Assembly: GCA_000388065.2 (NCBI GenBank)
Contig: KB932206.1
Length of the DNA stretch: 64,000 nucleotides
Origin: Fonticula alba ATCC 38817
Taxonomy: Eukaryota > Protista > Nucleariida
Direction: 5' to 3' (one strand)
The stretch's first letter is position 1; every line of letters begins with the position of its first letter. A model generated the notes under the pieces. It did not search any database, had not been told where the DNA came from, and saw only the letters and a list, made by a program, of their open reading frames with translations. A program made the translations under genes and the position numbers. Positions 22,733 to 37,798 of this stretch are shown here, one piece after another.

Positions 22733-25190
22733 GGCTTATATATATGTGTGTGTGGGGGTGTGGGTGTGGGTCGGTGCACAATGTGGTCCGGAGACAAGGC
22801 ACAGGAACGCGCGGAGGGGCGCGAGCAAGGCGAGGCACGGGCGGGAAAGGGAGCAGCGTATGGTTTGCAAGAGGGAGACCAGGGGGGGGGGGGTGTCTGT
22901 TCAGGGTGCTGTGGCTTGAGGAGAAGGCGACCCCGGAGCCTGGCGGCGGGCGGCAAGGGCGGCACCTCCCGCTGGATCGCCCCAATCACGCCGGCAAGTC
23001 ACGCCGGGCTTTCTCGGTGGGGCCGTGTGCCGCGCTCGATCGGCGGCGGCCCAAGGGGTGGATTGGCCCGAGGAGTGGCAGGTCCCGGTCCTCCGTCCCC
23101 CCGGGGTCTAAGGCGGAGGGAGTTGTGCGTGCGCCGGTGCGTGTGCGTGTGCGTGTATGTGCGTGGATATTCTTTTTCACTTTTAAACATGTAATTTCCT
23201 GCCGGATCTCTTGGTCAGCTTCTCTGTGTCCCCCCTCGCTCTGTCCGAAAGGTCATCGGGGGGAGGGGGGTATGCTGTGATGAATGGTGGCTGGCTCGCG
23301 CCGATTAGGTTCTTGTCAGCGGCGATATCCCAGGGCGATACGCACAATGGGCTGTTCTTGCCGCTGTGCTCATCCTTTTCGTCGCACGATGGCCGGCTGG
23401 TCCGGGCGTCTGACGGCAAGACCGGGGGGGGGGGGAAGGGGGGGCTGGAGCGGAGCGAGGGAGACCCTTGGGGCGCGGGGATTTTACGCCAGCCGCGCGG
23501 AGCCCGGGTGTTTATCCCGGCAGGAGGGAAGGCCCGCATCCTGTCAGAATCCCCCCGGTCGAGGCAGGGCCGTGCTGGGCCGACGCCCAGACTTGGCAAA
23601 ACCCTGGCCCGTCCTCGTAGGAGCCCTCGCGCCCTGGGCGTCGTCGCGTGAGAACACACCCACACACCCGTGGCGGTTTCTCCTGTTCTCGCTTCGCCCG
23701 CCCCCNNNNNNNNNNNNNNNNNNNNNNNNNNNNNNNNNNNNNNNNNNNNNNNNNNNNNNNNNNNNNNNNNNNNNNNNNNNNNNNNNNNNNNNNNNNNNNN
23801 NNNNNNNNNNNNNNNNNNNNNNNNNNNNNNNNNNNNNNNNNNNNNNNNNNNNNNNNNNNNNNNNNNNNNNNNNNNNNNNNNNNNNNNNNNNNNNNNNNNN
23901 NNNNNNNNNNNNNNNNNNNNNNNNNNNNNNNNNNNNNNNNNNNNNNNNNNNNNNNNNNNNNNNNNNNNNNNNNNNNNNNNNNNNNNNNNNNNNNNNNNNN
24001 NNNNNNNNNNNNNNNNNNNNNNNNNNNNNNNNNNNNNNNNNNNNNNNNNNNNNNNNNNNNNNNNNNNNNNNNNNNNNNNNNNNNNNNNNNNNNNNNNNNN
24101 NNNNNNNNNNNNNNNNNNNNNNNCCCCCCCCCCTGCTGTGGGCCCCCTCCCCGGAGATGCTGGGGGAACATCGACCATGGGCGTCGTATGTGCGCCCGCT
24201 GAGGGCGGGCGTTGGTACGCGTGCGCCGGCGCCGGCGCCGGCAAATCACCAGCAGGCGCTTGGCGTGGGGTAGGTGTCTCACTGCGCGGCGCCGGGGCCA
24301 TGTTGATCCTTGTCCCCCCCCCCCGTGGTCTCTGCCCCCCTGTTCCGTGTTGTATTGGCCGAGCACACGCACACTTGGCCATGCGCACGCCCCACATCCG
24401 TGAGCCCCCGAATTGAAGCCCAAATGCAGCCATTGATGCGCCCGCGGACGCGCCTATTTTCCCTTAGCAACTCTGATCAGGGCCGGGTGAGGCGCCCGCG
24501 CGCGCCCCAGCAATCGGCCGGGCCCCCGGCCGCTGCTGGCCCGATCCGGCTCGGCGTGCCCCGGGCCCGTTCCCCGCCCCCCCCCCCCCCCACCCCCCCC
24601 CATCCCCCTCCCGTCCCGCCCTGCTCCAACACCTGACCGATTATCTGTGCGTCACGAGCTGCCACCACGATGAATGATCCCCTCCCTCCCCCCCCCCCCC
24701 CCCCCGGGGCATTGCTCCCAGCCCGATCCACCACGTCCGCGGGTAGTAGTGGCCTCCCTGGCGGTGGTGGTCTACCCCCTTCAATAGTCTGCCCTGAGGA
24801 GCCGCCCCCCCCCAACCCCCCCCCCGGTTGGCCTCAAAGAAGCCGGGCCTCCAGGCCCCCTGGGCGCCTCGAATGCCCCCAGACGCGCTTCCACCCCCCA
24901 TCTCTCCCCCCCCCGGGATCCGCAGGAATGAGAGGAAAACAGTGCAGCGCCGAGAGAGCCTCGGGCTTGTGGTCACCCAGCCCCACCTCTCCTCCTCTCC
25001 GCCCATCCCCCTCCTCCCCGTCTCCCCCTCTCCTCTTCACAGCCCCCACTTAGCCCCTCTCCCCCCTCCCCTTCCGCTGGTGGTGATCGCGCACGCGCGA
25101 GTACGCCTACCTCCTTCTCTTTCTCCTCGCTTGCGCTGTTGATGGCCTGCTCCCCTCCGGCGGGCGCGCCCTGCATCCGCGTGAGATAGC

Positions 25191-27485
25191 ATGGCTTCCC
25201 TGACAACCACCAGCGTTGGTGGTGACCTCGGTGGCCGGGCCCTCGGCCGGCACGCAGCCGGGCCCATCCGGGCCTCCGGGGTGTCCACTCCGGCAATCCC
25301 CTCTCCCACCGTGGAGGAGTCTCTCCCCGAACTGATGAGCCCGGAGGTTCTCACCGCCGGGGCCCTCCCCTCGGAGAAGCGCCTTGTCGATTATGTCCTC
25401 CTGTGTGGCGTCCCGGATGCCGATGCCCGGGCGTGCTTTCCCCCCGGGCCGGAGGGTACGTTCTCCCCCTCGCCCTCTCTCTCCCTCTCCCTCTCTCTCT
25501 CTCCTTCCCTCCCTCCCTCCCTCCCCATTTGATGCCCATTCCGGGCCCACCTCCCACACCCCTGGCTGACCGGCTAAACCCCTTCCTCAGTCCCGCCTGG
25601 CAGCGCGGTTCTCCACCGTCTCGAGCCAAAGGTCCTCTCCCGGTACCCGGATGCCTCTGGTAATCGGCCGGACTTTGCCCTCGATGAAGTGGCCGTCCCT
25701 TGGGTGCGTGCCCAGCATGCTCGCGCACGCGCACGCACACACACACACACACAGACCCGCATCTCCCCTTCCCACTTCGATGTCTGTGCTCCTTGCTGGC
25801 CAAGTCTGACTCTCCGACGTGCTGGCCCTCTCACACATCTCGTCCCCCCATTGCCCAGATGTGCTTCCCGGCCGATGTGCCGGTTTTCGTCCGACGCAGC
25901 CCCCCAGCTCTGCCGCCTCCGTCGGTTGGCGGATCGGTGTCCAAGTTCCTCCCTCCGGCGGCCATTCCCCCGGTGGCAGAGCCACCGAGCGTCAGCGCCT
26001 CCTCCACTCCCCCGGGTGCCTCGACGGGCGGCCCGTCGCCCAGCAAGCGCCCAATTCGCGCCACCTCCGAGGGCATCGGCCTGCAAACGCGCTACCATGG
26101 ATTTGTCCTGACCAAGCTCTGCGGGGTTCGTCCACTCACCTTTCCAGGCCGATACATCCACCTCCTCCCCCNNNNNNNNNNNNNNNNNNNNNNNNNNNNN
26201 NNNNNNNNNNNNNNNNNNNNNNNNNNNNNNNNNNNNNNNNNNNNNNNNNNNNNNNNNNNNNCTCCGCCCCGACACTGCCTCCCAGACTCGTGCCTACGGC
26301 TACTGTCTGACTTTTGAGGAAACCTTCGCGGCACTCCCCCTGGTGACGCCGGAGTCCTTTGCCCCTCCGTCGTCTGGCATCCTGGACGTCCCGTCCGGCG
26401 GCGAGGCCCAAGACACCACCATGACCACGCCTCTTTGGTGTATGCCCCCCCCCCCGCATTTCCTTTCTCTGGCGCCGGGCCGGTGTCCCCCCTAATCTGA
26501 CACTCCTGTCCCACCTGCCTCCAGATACCACGTCCCTCTGCCTGTGCATCATTTCGCACCATCCGCTGCACTCCTTCTTCCGCGCGGTGCTGGAGCATCT
26601 CCACTCATACTCCCTGGACCCGGCCCTCATGAAGCAAATGCCCTTCGAGGTGTGCGTACCCCCCCCCCCCCCCCAGCGAGCCTTGCCTCCTCTGACTTCT
26701 CCCTCGCCGCCACGGCGCTTCGAGGGAGAAGTTACCCCACCACTCATGCCCCTGTCCCTCCCCCCCCCCTTTCCCCTTGCACTCACCCTTCTTCCTCTTC
26801 CCCCATCCCCCCCCCCTTCTCCGCTCCGCGCCCCGTCAGGCTGATCGGCTACTTGGCCAATGATGTGCCGATCGCCGTTCCCGGAGCCGTGGCCATGCAC
26901 GTGCCCTTCCGCATGGCAGCCACCTCCGGGGCACACCCCAAGCAGCGCCTCGACCCGAGCACCGTAGCCATCTTGCAGATCCCCATTGACAACGGCCTGC
27001 CGCCACTTTCCGTGCGTATCCGCATGACAATGCCCTTCCCCGGTGGGGGCCCTTTGTGCGGAGTTGCTGACTCGCTCTCCGTCTCTCGGTGACCCCGGTC
27101 TTCCCTCTGGGCGGCCTTGCCAAATGGCCAGATCCACATCCGACCCATGCTCGAGTGCCTTGGTGTGGACAATATTCTGGTCATCCTGGGCGCCATCCTC
27201 CTCGAGCAGAAGGTCATTTTCGTGTCCCGGTACAGCGACCTCCTGCTGGCAGTGCTGGAGTCCTTCTGCCAGCTGCTCTTTCCCTTCCAATGGCCGCATG
27301 TGTACATCCCCTGCCTGCCTTACCGGCTGCGGCATTACTTGGATGCGCCGGTCCCCTACTTGATTGGCATCACCGAGGAGGCCTTTTCGATTGAGGACGT
27401 CCCGCCGGATGCCTGCTTCGTGGATCTCGACCATGGGGAGGTGTTCCTCCCGCCGGCCGAGGATGCCGGCCGCTTGAGTGGCACC

Positions 27486-27517
<32 letters not shown>

Positions 27518-30500
27518 CACCGGGGCCGGGTATGTTCGCGGCGGCAGTGGCGGCGGCACCGGGGCCATGGAGGCCGTGCTGCCGGTCCTGCCCGCACGCG
27601 AGTATGCCGTCCTGTCGTCCAGTCTGAAGATGATCTGCAAAGGGCTGGCGTCCATTTCGGACGTCGACCTGGACCGCACCGTGCGCCAGTGCTTTGTCAA
27701 CTTCTTCGCCAGCCTCCTGTCGGAACACACGAGCTACATCCTGCCGACGGTGCTCAGCCGAACTGGCACTCGCCTGGCGGTGACCATGTCCGACACGGAT
27801 ACCACCAGCGGGGACTCCTTCCTGGCCGGGCAAGCCTCCGGCACCAGCCTGGCCTTCGATGTGGAGGGCTTCGTGTCGGAGCATCCCCCCGATGCGGCGG
27901 CCTTCCTGCGTGAGTTCATGGGCTCCCCCACGCAAATGTGGGCCAATTACCTGGACGACCGTTTGGACCTGGACCAGGAGGCCGAGGCCGCCGGGCTCGG
28001 GGCCTCTGCCCCCGGCCTGCCGCCGCCCCTGTCGCCACTGCCCTCTTCCGGTGGCGGGGCCGACTCCGGGGCCGGGGACTCGGCCAAGGCCGGGATTCTT
28101 CGACGCCGGGCCATCCGCCAGCATGGCCTCCGGCTTTTCGAGCACTTCATCCACCAGCATCGGACATCCGGGTCGGTGAACTTGGCCCCGCTGAAATTCG
28201 CCTCCAGCATGCCGGTCTCCCCCCGGGCGCCGACCTGGGCCAAGGGCAGTGGCTCGGCCGATGGTGCGGCCCTGGGCGGACGCTTCCCCAAGTGGGCCAG
28301 TCATCAGGTGCCCGGCCAACGGACCCGCACCAAGAGTGCCATCTTCCTGGCCAATCGGCTGAACCGGCGAAACAGCATCGACACCGGGCTGGCATCGGGG
28401 CGGCAGGCCACGGCGGCCCCGGTGCCGACCGAGCTGCAGCTGAGTGATTCGCAATTCCGGCGGATGCTCCTGGAGGCGGCCAAGGGCGCCATCAGCAGCA
28501 TCATTGTCCGGGGCCGGGCCAGCGGTGCCAGCATCCTGGAGGCCTCTGGGTCTGGGGCAGCCGCCGGCGGCGGCGGCGGCGGGCCCGGGGGGCTCCCCCC
28601 ATCGCCACCACTCGGCCCGATGCCGATCATCACGGTTTCAAGTGCCACATCGCATCCCTCGGCGACGGCCAGCGGCTCGGGCAGCAGTGGGACCGGATCG
28701 TCCGGCGGCCTCGGGGCGTCATTCCTCCGGCGCTTCAGCAGCACCTCGGCTGGCGGCAATGGCAATGCCCCATCGGGCCCCGGTGGGGGCTCCTCCGCCG
28801 GCGGTCTTCCCCACTCGGCCAGCATGTCCATCTCCGGGGTTTTCGCCTCCGAGGCGGTTGGCCCTGGCGGGGCGGCGGTCGACCCGCTGATGATCGGCCG
28901 ACCGCGGGGCTTCAGTGACGAGCGTGTCTTCCGGCAGTTTAGCACGGCTCTCGAGCGTATCTTCAACCATGGTGCCATCGATTTGGCGTCCAGCGGATCG
29001 ATTTGCATGCCGGGGATTGGCAATGGTGCGTTGGAATGCCCCTCCTGCGGGTTCCTCCCACTCCCCTCCCGCCGCCTTCCCTTGTGTCCATGTTCTTTAA
29101 CCTCCCGCGCTGCCATCTCCCCACCCGGTCTCCCCTTCCTTCCTTCGGCTCTCTTTGTCTTTCTTCCGCGCCTCACAGCGATGTCGGTGACCACCTCTCG
29201 GACGAATAATGGGCTCTGGCTGTTGGTTCGCTCGGCGGCAAAGAGCAACCCCCTGGTCCAGGCCGAGGTGGCGATCCTGGAACAGCGGCAACTCCGACGG
29301 GTGTTCCGGTCCGGGGTCGGTCTTGGACGCGCCTGGCTGCGGCTGGTCTGTGAGCGGGGCGATGTTTACGAGGCCATTGAGCGCGTGGTCAGCTACCCGG
29401 ACTTGATTCGGTGCGTCCGATGCTCGCCGCGCCATTTGTCTGTCTGGGCGCCGCGCCGGCATATGCACACCAACAAACACCCCTCCGTCGACTGCTGGCT
29501 ACTGACCTTCGCTCCCTCCCCCTCCCTCTCCCCCTCCCTCTCTCTCTCTCCCTCTCTCTCCCTCTCTCTCTCCAGGACCCACTACGCTCCCACGGCCTTC
29601 TTGCGGGATGAAAATTCGCGCTTCTCCCTTCTCGCATCGCTGGTGGGCTTGCTGGGGATCGACTTCACCGGGCTCTTCAGCTCGCGCTTTGGCATTTCGC
29701 CGCAGGACGTGACCGAGGAGTTTTCCCCCATGTCCACGGCCTCGTCATCGTCCTCGCCGACAAGCATGCACGGGCAGCCCTTTGCCGGGTCGCCGGTGGC
29801 TGGCGGCCCGGCGCCCCCCTTCGGTGGGAGTTCCACCCCTCCCGGTGGCATCGGCCCCGGCGGGGGCGGCGGCGGCGGCAGCAGCAGCAGCAGTGCCGGC
29901 GGCTTCCTGACCCCGACCAAGCGCCGGGTTCTGCAACGCCGCGGGTCCGGCGGCGGCAGCGGCGGCGGCTCCAAGACCTCACTGTTTGGCCGGGCGCGCA
30001 ATGGGACTCCCGGGGGCGGCCCCCCTTCACAGGCCGGGTCCGGTGCCTCCAGCGCCACGTCCTCCACCAGTCACACGGCGGCCCTGCTGCTGGGACCAGA
30101 CTTGCCCCTGCCGGCCATCGAGTACCGGGCGCTGGTGACCCAGCGAACGGGGAGCTTCCTGCGTGGGCGGCGAGTGCTCCAAGCCCAGAAGGCCGAGACG
30201 GCGGTTTCGCGCGGATCCTCCACCTACGTGACGCACATGTCCTCGCGCGGGACTCCCTGGAACATCCATGCCATCCCGAGCACCCTGTCCACCCCGGTGG
30301 CGGTCATGTCGCCGCTGTTGATGGTCAGCTCGCCGCGCGGCGGCGGAGCCGGCCCGGCGGGGGACCCGGCGGCCGGCGGCCACTTGGACTCCCCTTCGCC
30401 CGGGTGGTTTTCCTCCTCCTCCTCCTCGTCAGATGCCGGGGCCGACATGGCGCCCTCCGCCGGGCGCGGGCTCTTCCCCCCGCCGGGCTCCGGGCAAGCG

Positions 30501-30815
30501 GCGCGCGTGCGCATTCAGACCGACCCATCGGCCCGGCTGTCAAGCAACTTCAGCGATGGGGGCGGCCCGTCGCCGCGGAATTCCATCGGCTCAGCCCATG
30601 AGGCCGGGGCCGGCGGGGCGTCCTCCTCTTCCTCCTCCAGCAGTCGGTTGAAGTCCTTCCTCACGCGTACTTTCTCCTCCTCCTCCTCGGCTTCCAAGCG
30701 TGCATCCATCTCCGGCACTTCGACGGGTGGACTCTCCGATGGGGCATTCTCCTCGGCGGCCATCTCCAACTCCTCTACCGCCGAGCTGCCGGAGTCCTTC
30801 TTCGCCGCGGAGTGA
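25191..30815 (+). CDS. DENN-domain Rab GEF with a C-terminal RUN domain (DENND5-like architecture), 9 exons, ~1487 aa
   Basis: Exons 25191-25455, 25591-25703, 25859-26125, 26286-26439, 26525-26651, 26840-27011, 27132-29025, 29179-29410 and 29576-30815 are in phase. uDENN: LVDYVLLCG, EPKVLSRYP, MCFP, FVLTKLCGTRAYGYCLTFEE. cDENN: LLEQKVIFVSRY, LLFPFQWPHVYIPCLP, LDAPVPYLIGI. RUN: GRAWLRLVCE, HYAPTAFLRD. Confidence 0.88.
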
Positions 30816-31814
30816 CGGCCTCGTCCGTGCACTGTGCGCCCGCGTGTTCTCCTGGTGTCCGGAAGGGGGGGGGGGGGGGGGGGGGGGGGGCGTGCGTCTG
30901 AGACATGCGCGCATAAATGTGCCCCCCTCCTTGACTGGCAGCAGGCCCGATCCTGCTGTTTGTGGGTGCATGGTGATTGGCGCCAGCGTGCGTTCGAGTG
31001 TGTCTTCCACGCATGCGCGCTCGACCCCCCCCCCCCCGAACGCACACGCGGCCGCATGTGCGCCATACACATATTCATGCGCCTCCGAGTGGCCAGCCGG
31101 CGGACGCGGGGGGATCGAAAGGTAGGAGGGGCCGGCCCGCAACAGCCCGACGCATGCTGCACTCCGATCGGCCTCAGCGGTGTGTGCACACGCCTGCGGA
31201 TCGCCCCGTCGAGCATGCATCCCGGGCCTCCCTGGCCCCCGCTCTTTCTCCCTGTGTCCTGCCCGCTCGCCGAATATAAGTGTCCTTGTGAAATGGTGCA
31301 GCCTGTTTTTTTTTTCTTTCCCTTTCCTGTCCACCTCTTGAGCCGAGGGAAAAGCGCCCAAAGCGGGGCCTCCTCCCGGCGCCGCCTTTTTCCATGCTCG
31401 CCGCCAAAGGGGTCTCTCTGTGCCAGGGGTGGGCTGGGCACAATGCTGGAATATCTCCCACGCCAAGAATCGTCATGCTCCACAACAAGAACAGCATCCC
31501 GAGGCGCCGACAGGCCGAATGGATCTTGTGTCCCGCTATAGCATGGTGTTCTGTTCTGCGACTACCATCATCGATAGCAGGCGCGCGCCAATGTCCGGGG
31601 ACATTGGGCTCGGATCGGCTGCCCCCGTCAGTGGGCATGTGGGGTGGACTCTAACCCCCCCACTGGTGTTCAGGCGGGTGTGAGTCTTTTCCCGTATGCG
31701 TGGGCCTGTGCACGCGAATGTGTGGAGAACTCTTTACCCTTTGGTTATGCCTGGAATCCAGGGCGTGTGGCAGGGTTCCCCCTTCCCTCCCCCGTGTCCA
31801 GCCCGCGGCCAGTC

Positions 31815-32306
31815 GGGGGGGGGGGGGGGGGGAATCGTCGCTGTCACATCACCACGACCGCCGGCACCAGGGCACGGGCCCAAGGGCGAGGAGGGGTGGC
31901 AGCAGGCGGCATCGTACCCACGGGAGGTACCCTTGGACCGCGGCCGGCTGATCCGGCTCGGTCGTGTCAGGTGGGGGGTTGACCCGCTTGGGCGGGGGCG
32001 TGGCTGGTCTTTTCCTGCGTGACAGGCGAACAGTCTTTGCCAGACTCTCCAATGCCACCCGGGGGGGGGGGGGGGGGGAATCGTCGCTGTCACATCACCA
32101 CGACCGCCGGCACCAGGGCACGGGCCCAAGGGCGAGGAGGGGTGGCAGCAGGCGGCATCGTACCCACGGGAGGTACCCTTGGACCGCGGCCGGCTGATCC
32201 GGCTCGGTCGTGTCAGGTGGGGGGTTGACCCGCTTGGGCGGGGGCGTGGCTGGTCTTTTCCTGCGTGACAGGCGAACAGTCTTTGCCAGACTCTCCAATG
32301 CCACCC
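31815..32306. repeat. Exact tandem duplication of a 246-bp unit (31815-32060 and 32061-32306), each copy starting with G18
   Basis: Read directly: both copies run G18-aatcgtcgctgtcacatc...ctctccaatgccaccc, and I saw no differences between them. Confidence 0.9.
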
Positions 32307-34815
32307 GGGGTCGCCTGCCGCCAGCCATGTGTGTGTGTGTGAGCGGAAGAGAAAGAGGGAGAGACAGATAGAGTGGTGGTTTGTACGATTGACGGTGCGA
32401 CCGTGTGGCAATGCGACAGCGTACGTGGAAGCGTTAAAGACAAAAGGGTGTTGAACAGCACACCCTGGGTGTGCATTATATGTGTGGATTCGCATGCAAG
32501 CGAGGGCGCGCCAGGGTCGGCGCCGTAAGAATGCCCGTTAACGGAAAGGATCCTGGTGTCATGCACACTAGCCATTGCCGCCTTGATGGATCTACTGCCT
32601 CCTTGCCCGTGTGTGTGTGTGCGTGTATATATGTGTGGTTTGCATGTCAGCATGTACGTGAATATGTGTGTACTGGGGGGTCGTCGAATATGCATGTGCA
32701 GGGCAGGAGCCACCGCGGCTTCATGGCGATTTCTGGGGCCCCGGGCCCGTCGGCCGGTACTACTATGTCCTCGGTCGTGTGCCAGGCAGGTCCAGAGCCA
32801 GGGCGCCTCATTCTAGACACACGGAACGCGCGCTTATGAGTCTGCCCTCCCCAGGCAGACCGCCCCCTGTGCCCCCCTGGTACGGGGCGTCATCATCAGA
32901 GCCTCGACCTCCCCCCCCCTCCCCCCCCGCCCGCCCTTCCCACCACCCCCGGACGACGCCGGCAGAGGGGACCGAAGAAGGGATGGCCAGGCAGCCGGCT
33001 CGCGGCCTTAGTAAACGAGCCAGCGCAGGCTCCCGGGCCGAGCCTCCATTTGCGAGGGCTGCCATGCCCCGGTAGGCGCCTTTACCTACACACCGCATGC
33101 GCCCTAAGTCCGCCCCCCCCCCCGGGCCAGCGGAGCGCACTAATCGCCAACCGCCGGGCGTCCCACTATTTTTCCCCGCTCCACGGACCGGTTTCCGGCT
33201 TTCTTGCTCCTAACCGCGCACCCCCCCGGACGGGGCAGCCGTGCTCCCACCGCACGCCGAGACGGGAGGGGGGGCGGATTTCAGTTACCCCCGCACGCGT
33301 CCTGGGGGCGCCAGGGGCACGGCGCGCTGGGACGCCCGTTTCCAGGACCCGCCCGGGCGGGGGCGCCCCCCGGTCCCCCCCCCCCCCCGCGGCTGTCCGT
33401 CCTTCGGCCCCTCCCCTTTCTGAAAACAGGGAACACACCTGCTTGGCCGGGGGAGGGACACGGAGTGGGGGCGAGCGCATAGATGCCCCTCCCCCCGAAG
33501 GGCACTCTGTGCAGTAACCTCAACAAGGACCCCTCGCGCGCTTCGCAGGCAGCCCAACAGACTGGGGCATACGTCCCACCTTTTCTCTGATCATGCTGAC
33601 GCGGGTGCACACAAGCCGGGGTGGACTTTTTCCTGTGCCCCCGGTTGCCCCCCCCCCCCCCCCAGCCCTTTCCTGCACTTTGGCCATGTTATTTGCGTGC
33701 CCGAAAAAGAGGGCGCGCTGGCAACTCGGAGACGCGTGTGGCGGTGGTCCGACCTCGAGTGCACGGGGGAGGGCCCCGGGCTCCTGGTTGCACGACGAAA
33801 GATATGTCCAGGGGCCGCCCCCCCCCCCCCCCCGCCCCCGCCCCCGCCCCACGCACACACATGCCTATCGCTCCGGTGCTCAGACCTACATCATCAGACG
33901 CAAGACAGGGGGGGATCGGGGCCGGCGGGAACACCCCACCGGGGAGCCCTCCGCGTCTGACCGCCCCCCTCCCCGCCTCCCAGAAAGAGAGAGAGACAGA
34001 GAGACAATACAGCACCCAATTACTGGCTCCGTGGCGGGGGGCAATGGATGTACTAGTGCGGCTTGCCCAGCCGGCGNNNNNNNNNNNNNNNNNNNNNNNN
34101 NNNNNNNNNNNNNNNNNNNNNNNNNNNNNNNNNNNNNNNNNNNNNNNNNNNNNNNNNNNNNNNNNNNNNNNNNNNNNNNNNNNNNNNNNNNNNNNNNNNN
34201 NNNNNNNNNNNNNNNNNNNNNNNNNNGGGGAACGTCGTCCTGCCGGCGCCGTTTCCCCCAGTCCGGCATCGGCAGGCGCGGCCCCGGCGGCGAGCAGCCA
34301 ACTGGCACACCCTCCTTTGCCCCCCGCCCCCTTCCCTCCCCCCGAGAAAAGGGAGTCGCTTGGATACTCGCGGTGCCCTGGGCATATCCAACCATACCCC
34401 TAAGGCCAAAGTGCACGCCATCTTGGTATCACCCCTTCCCCCCCCCTCCCCCCCTCGCTCCCCCCCTACCTCACCTCTTTCCCGTCCCCCCTCCTCTCCT
34501 CGCCCCTCCCCTCCCCACTCGGTCGCTCGCTTGCTCGCTCGCTCGCTCGCCCCCTCCCCCCCCCCTCCCGCCGGCTGTCTGCAGACACCCTGCCCCGCGG
34601 CTTGCTCCTGCCTTTGCTCCCGGAAAAGCCGCTGTCCCTGCTCCCTCCCTCGCTCCCTGTTCCGCGCGTCGCTTTTGCGCAAGACTCTGCCCCGCTCAAA
34701 GGACCCCCCCCCCCGCTCCTGAGGCTGACACGCTTGTTCTACCTTTCCTTCCTCCCCTCCTCCGAAGACCCGGGTCCCTCTTCCCCCTCCCCCTCCCCAC
34801 TCTTCCCCCTCCACG

Positions 34816-36484
<1,669 letters not shown>

Positions 36485-37798
36485 TCGTGTGCCATCCCCC
36501 CCCCCCTCTTCCGGGGCGATGCCAGCCTTGTGCTTGTCTTGCCGTTCCACACGCGGCCCATTGTGGCACCGCTCGTCTTCCCATGGCGACCGCGGCCTGA
36601 TGGTGATGCCCCGTTCCCGGTGAGAATGGCATGGTTGGCATTTCTGCGACGAGAAGGGGCAGGCATGCCTCGTGCGCGCGCGCCATGCGCCACGCGTCGC
36701 GCGCATATGCGTAGAAAAGCGCGAAGGGGAGGGAGAGGGGTCGCGAGCAGCGGGCGGGGGCGTGCACATGCATCCCCCCCCTCCCCCCCCCCCCTCCCCT
36801 CTTTCTCTGGCCTCATGCCCCCGCTTTTTATCCCTTCTGTGCAAATGCGCACGCACGCGCATGCTGGGGCTGTTTTCTTTTTTTGCCGCCCATGCCTCCT
36901 CCTCGTCCTCCCCCCTCCCTGGGTACATGGCCCTCCTTTTCCTCGCCTGATGGCCTGTGTATCTCTCATACGCGCCTTCACAGTATGCATGCCACGCCTC
37001 CTCCAGCCTCCCCTCCTCTCTCCAGGGGGGGGGGGGGGAGCTGTGTATGCTGGTTCGTCGAGAAAAAGGGGCAATGCCCCAGCGGCTGTAGCTTATTTTG
37101 CACTCTTTCAGAACCCGTGAACTGTTTTCTTGTGCTCAGAAACAGCCCCAACACTGTGTGTATATTTGGTACGATCTTCAAATAATGTGCCCTGGCATGC
37201 CGCCTCCGCGCTGCCTCCCTCGTCGCCGCCGCTTCTTGCACATATGCTGATCCTTCCTCGTCCTGCCTCTCCCTCTCGCTCATTGCCCCTCCTGTGTACC
37301 CATGTGCCCGGATATGCTCCCCCGCAGGATTGTCCACTCAGTTACAGGGATCTATTCACCCACCAGTGTCTTGACATTGCGCCTCCTTCTCTTCCTCCTT
37401 CCCCTCCCTCCCTCCCTCCCTTCCCTTGTGCGTATGCAGCAGCAGCGCGGTGCCCTCCAAGCCCTTGTTGCGCGCGCCGGCCCGCTGCTGCCTACTACCC
37501 CCCTTCCTGCCTTCTCTCCCCCCAGACACAATAAAAAAAACATACATACACATAGCTGCATCCTGCAACGTGCCATGTCTCTCCGCTCCCCGGCCCTTGT
37601 TTGTTCCTTCCCGTGTGTCACATGGGGGCGCCAGAACGGGGGACCTCAAGCCAGGCATCGGCAATGCAAGGGCCATGTCGCATGAGGGGGGGGGGGGGGG
37701 TTCCTGGATATATTTCGCCCGGCACGCGCTGGAGAGGGGGGCCATGGCGCGCATGCACAAACACCCCGCGCCCAGGGCACTTGGGAATCTCTGCCGCA

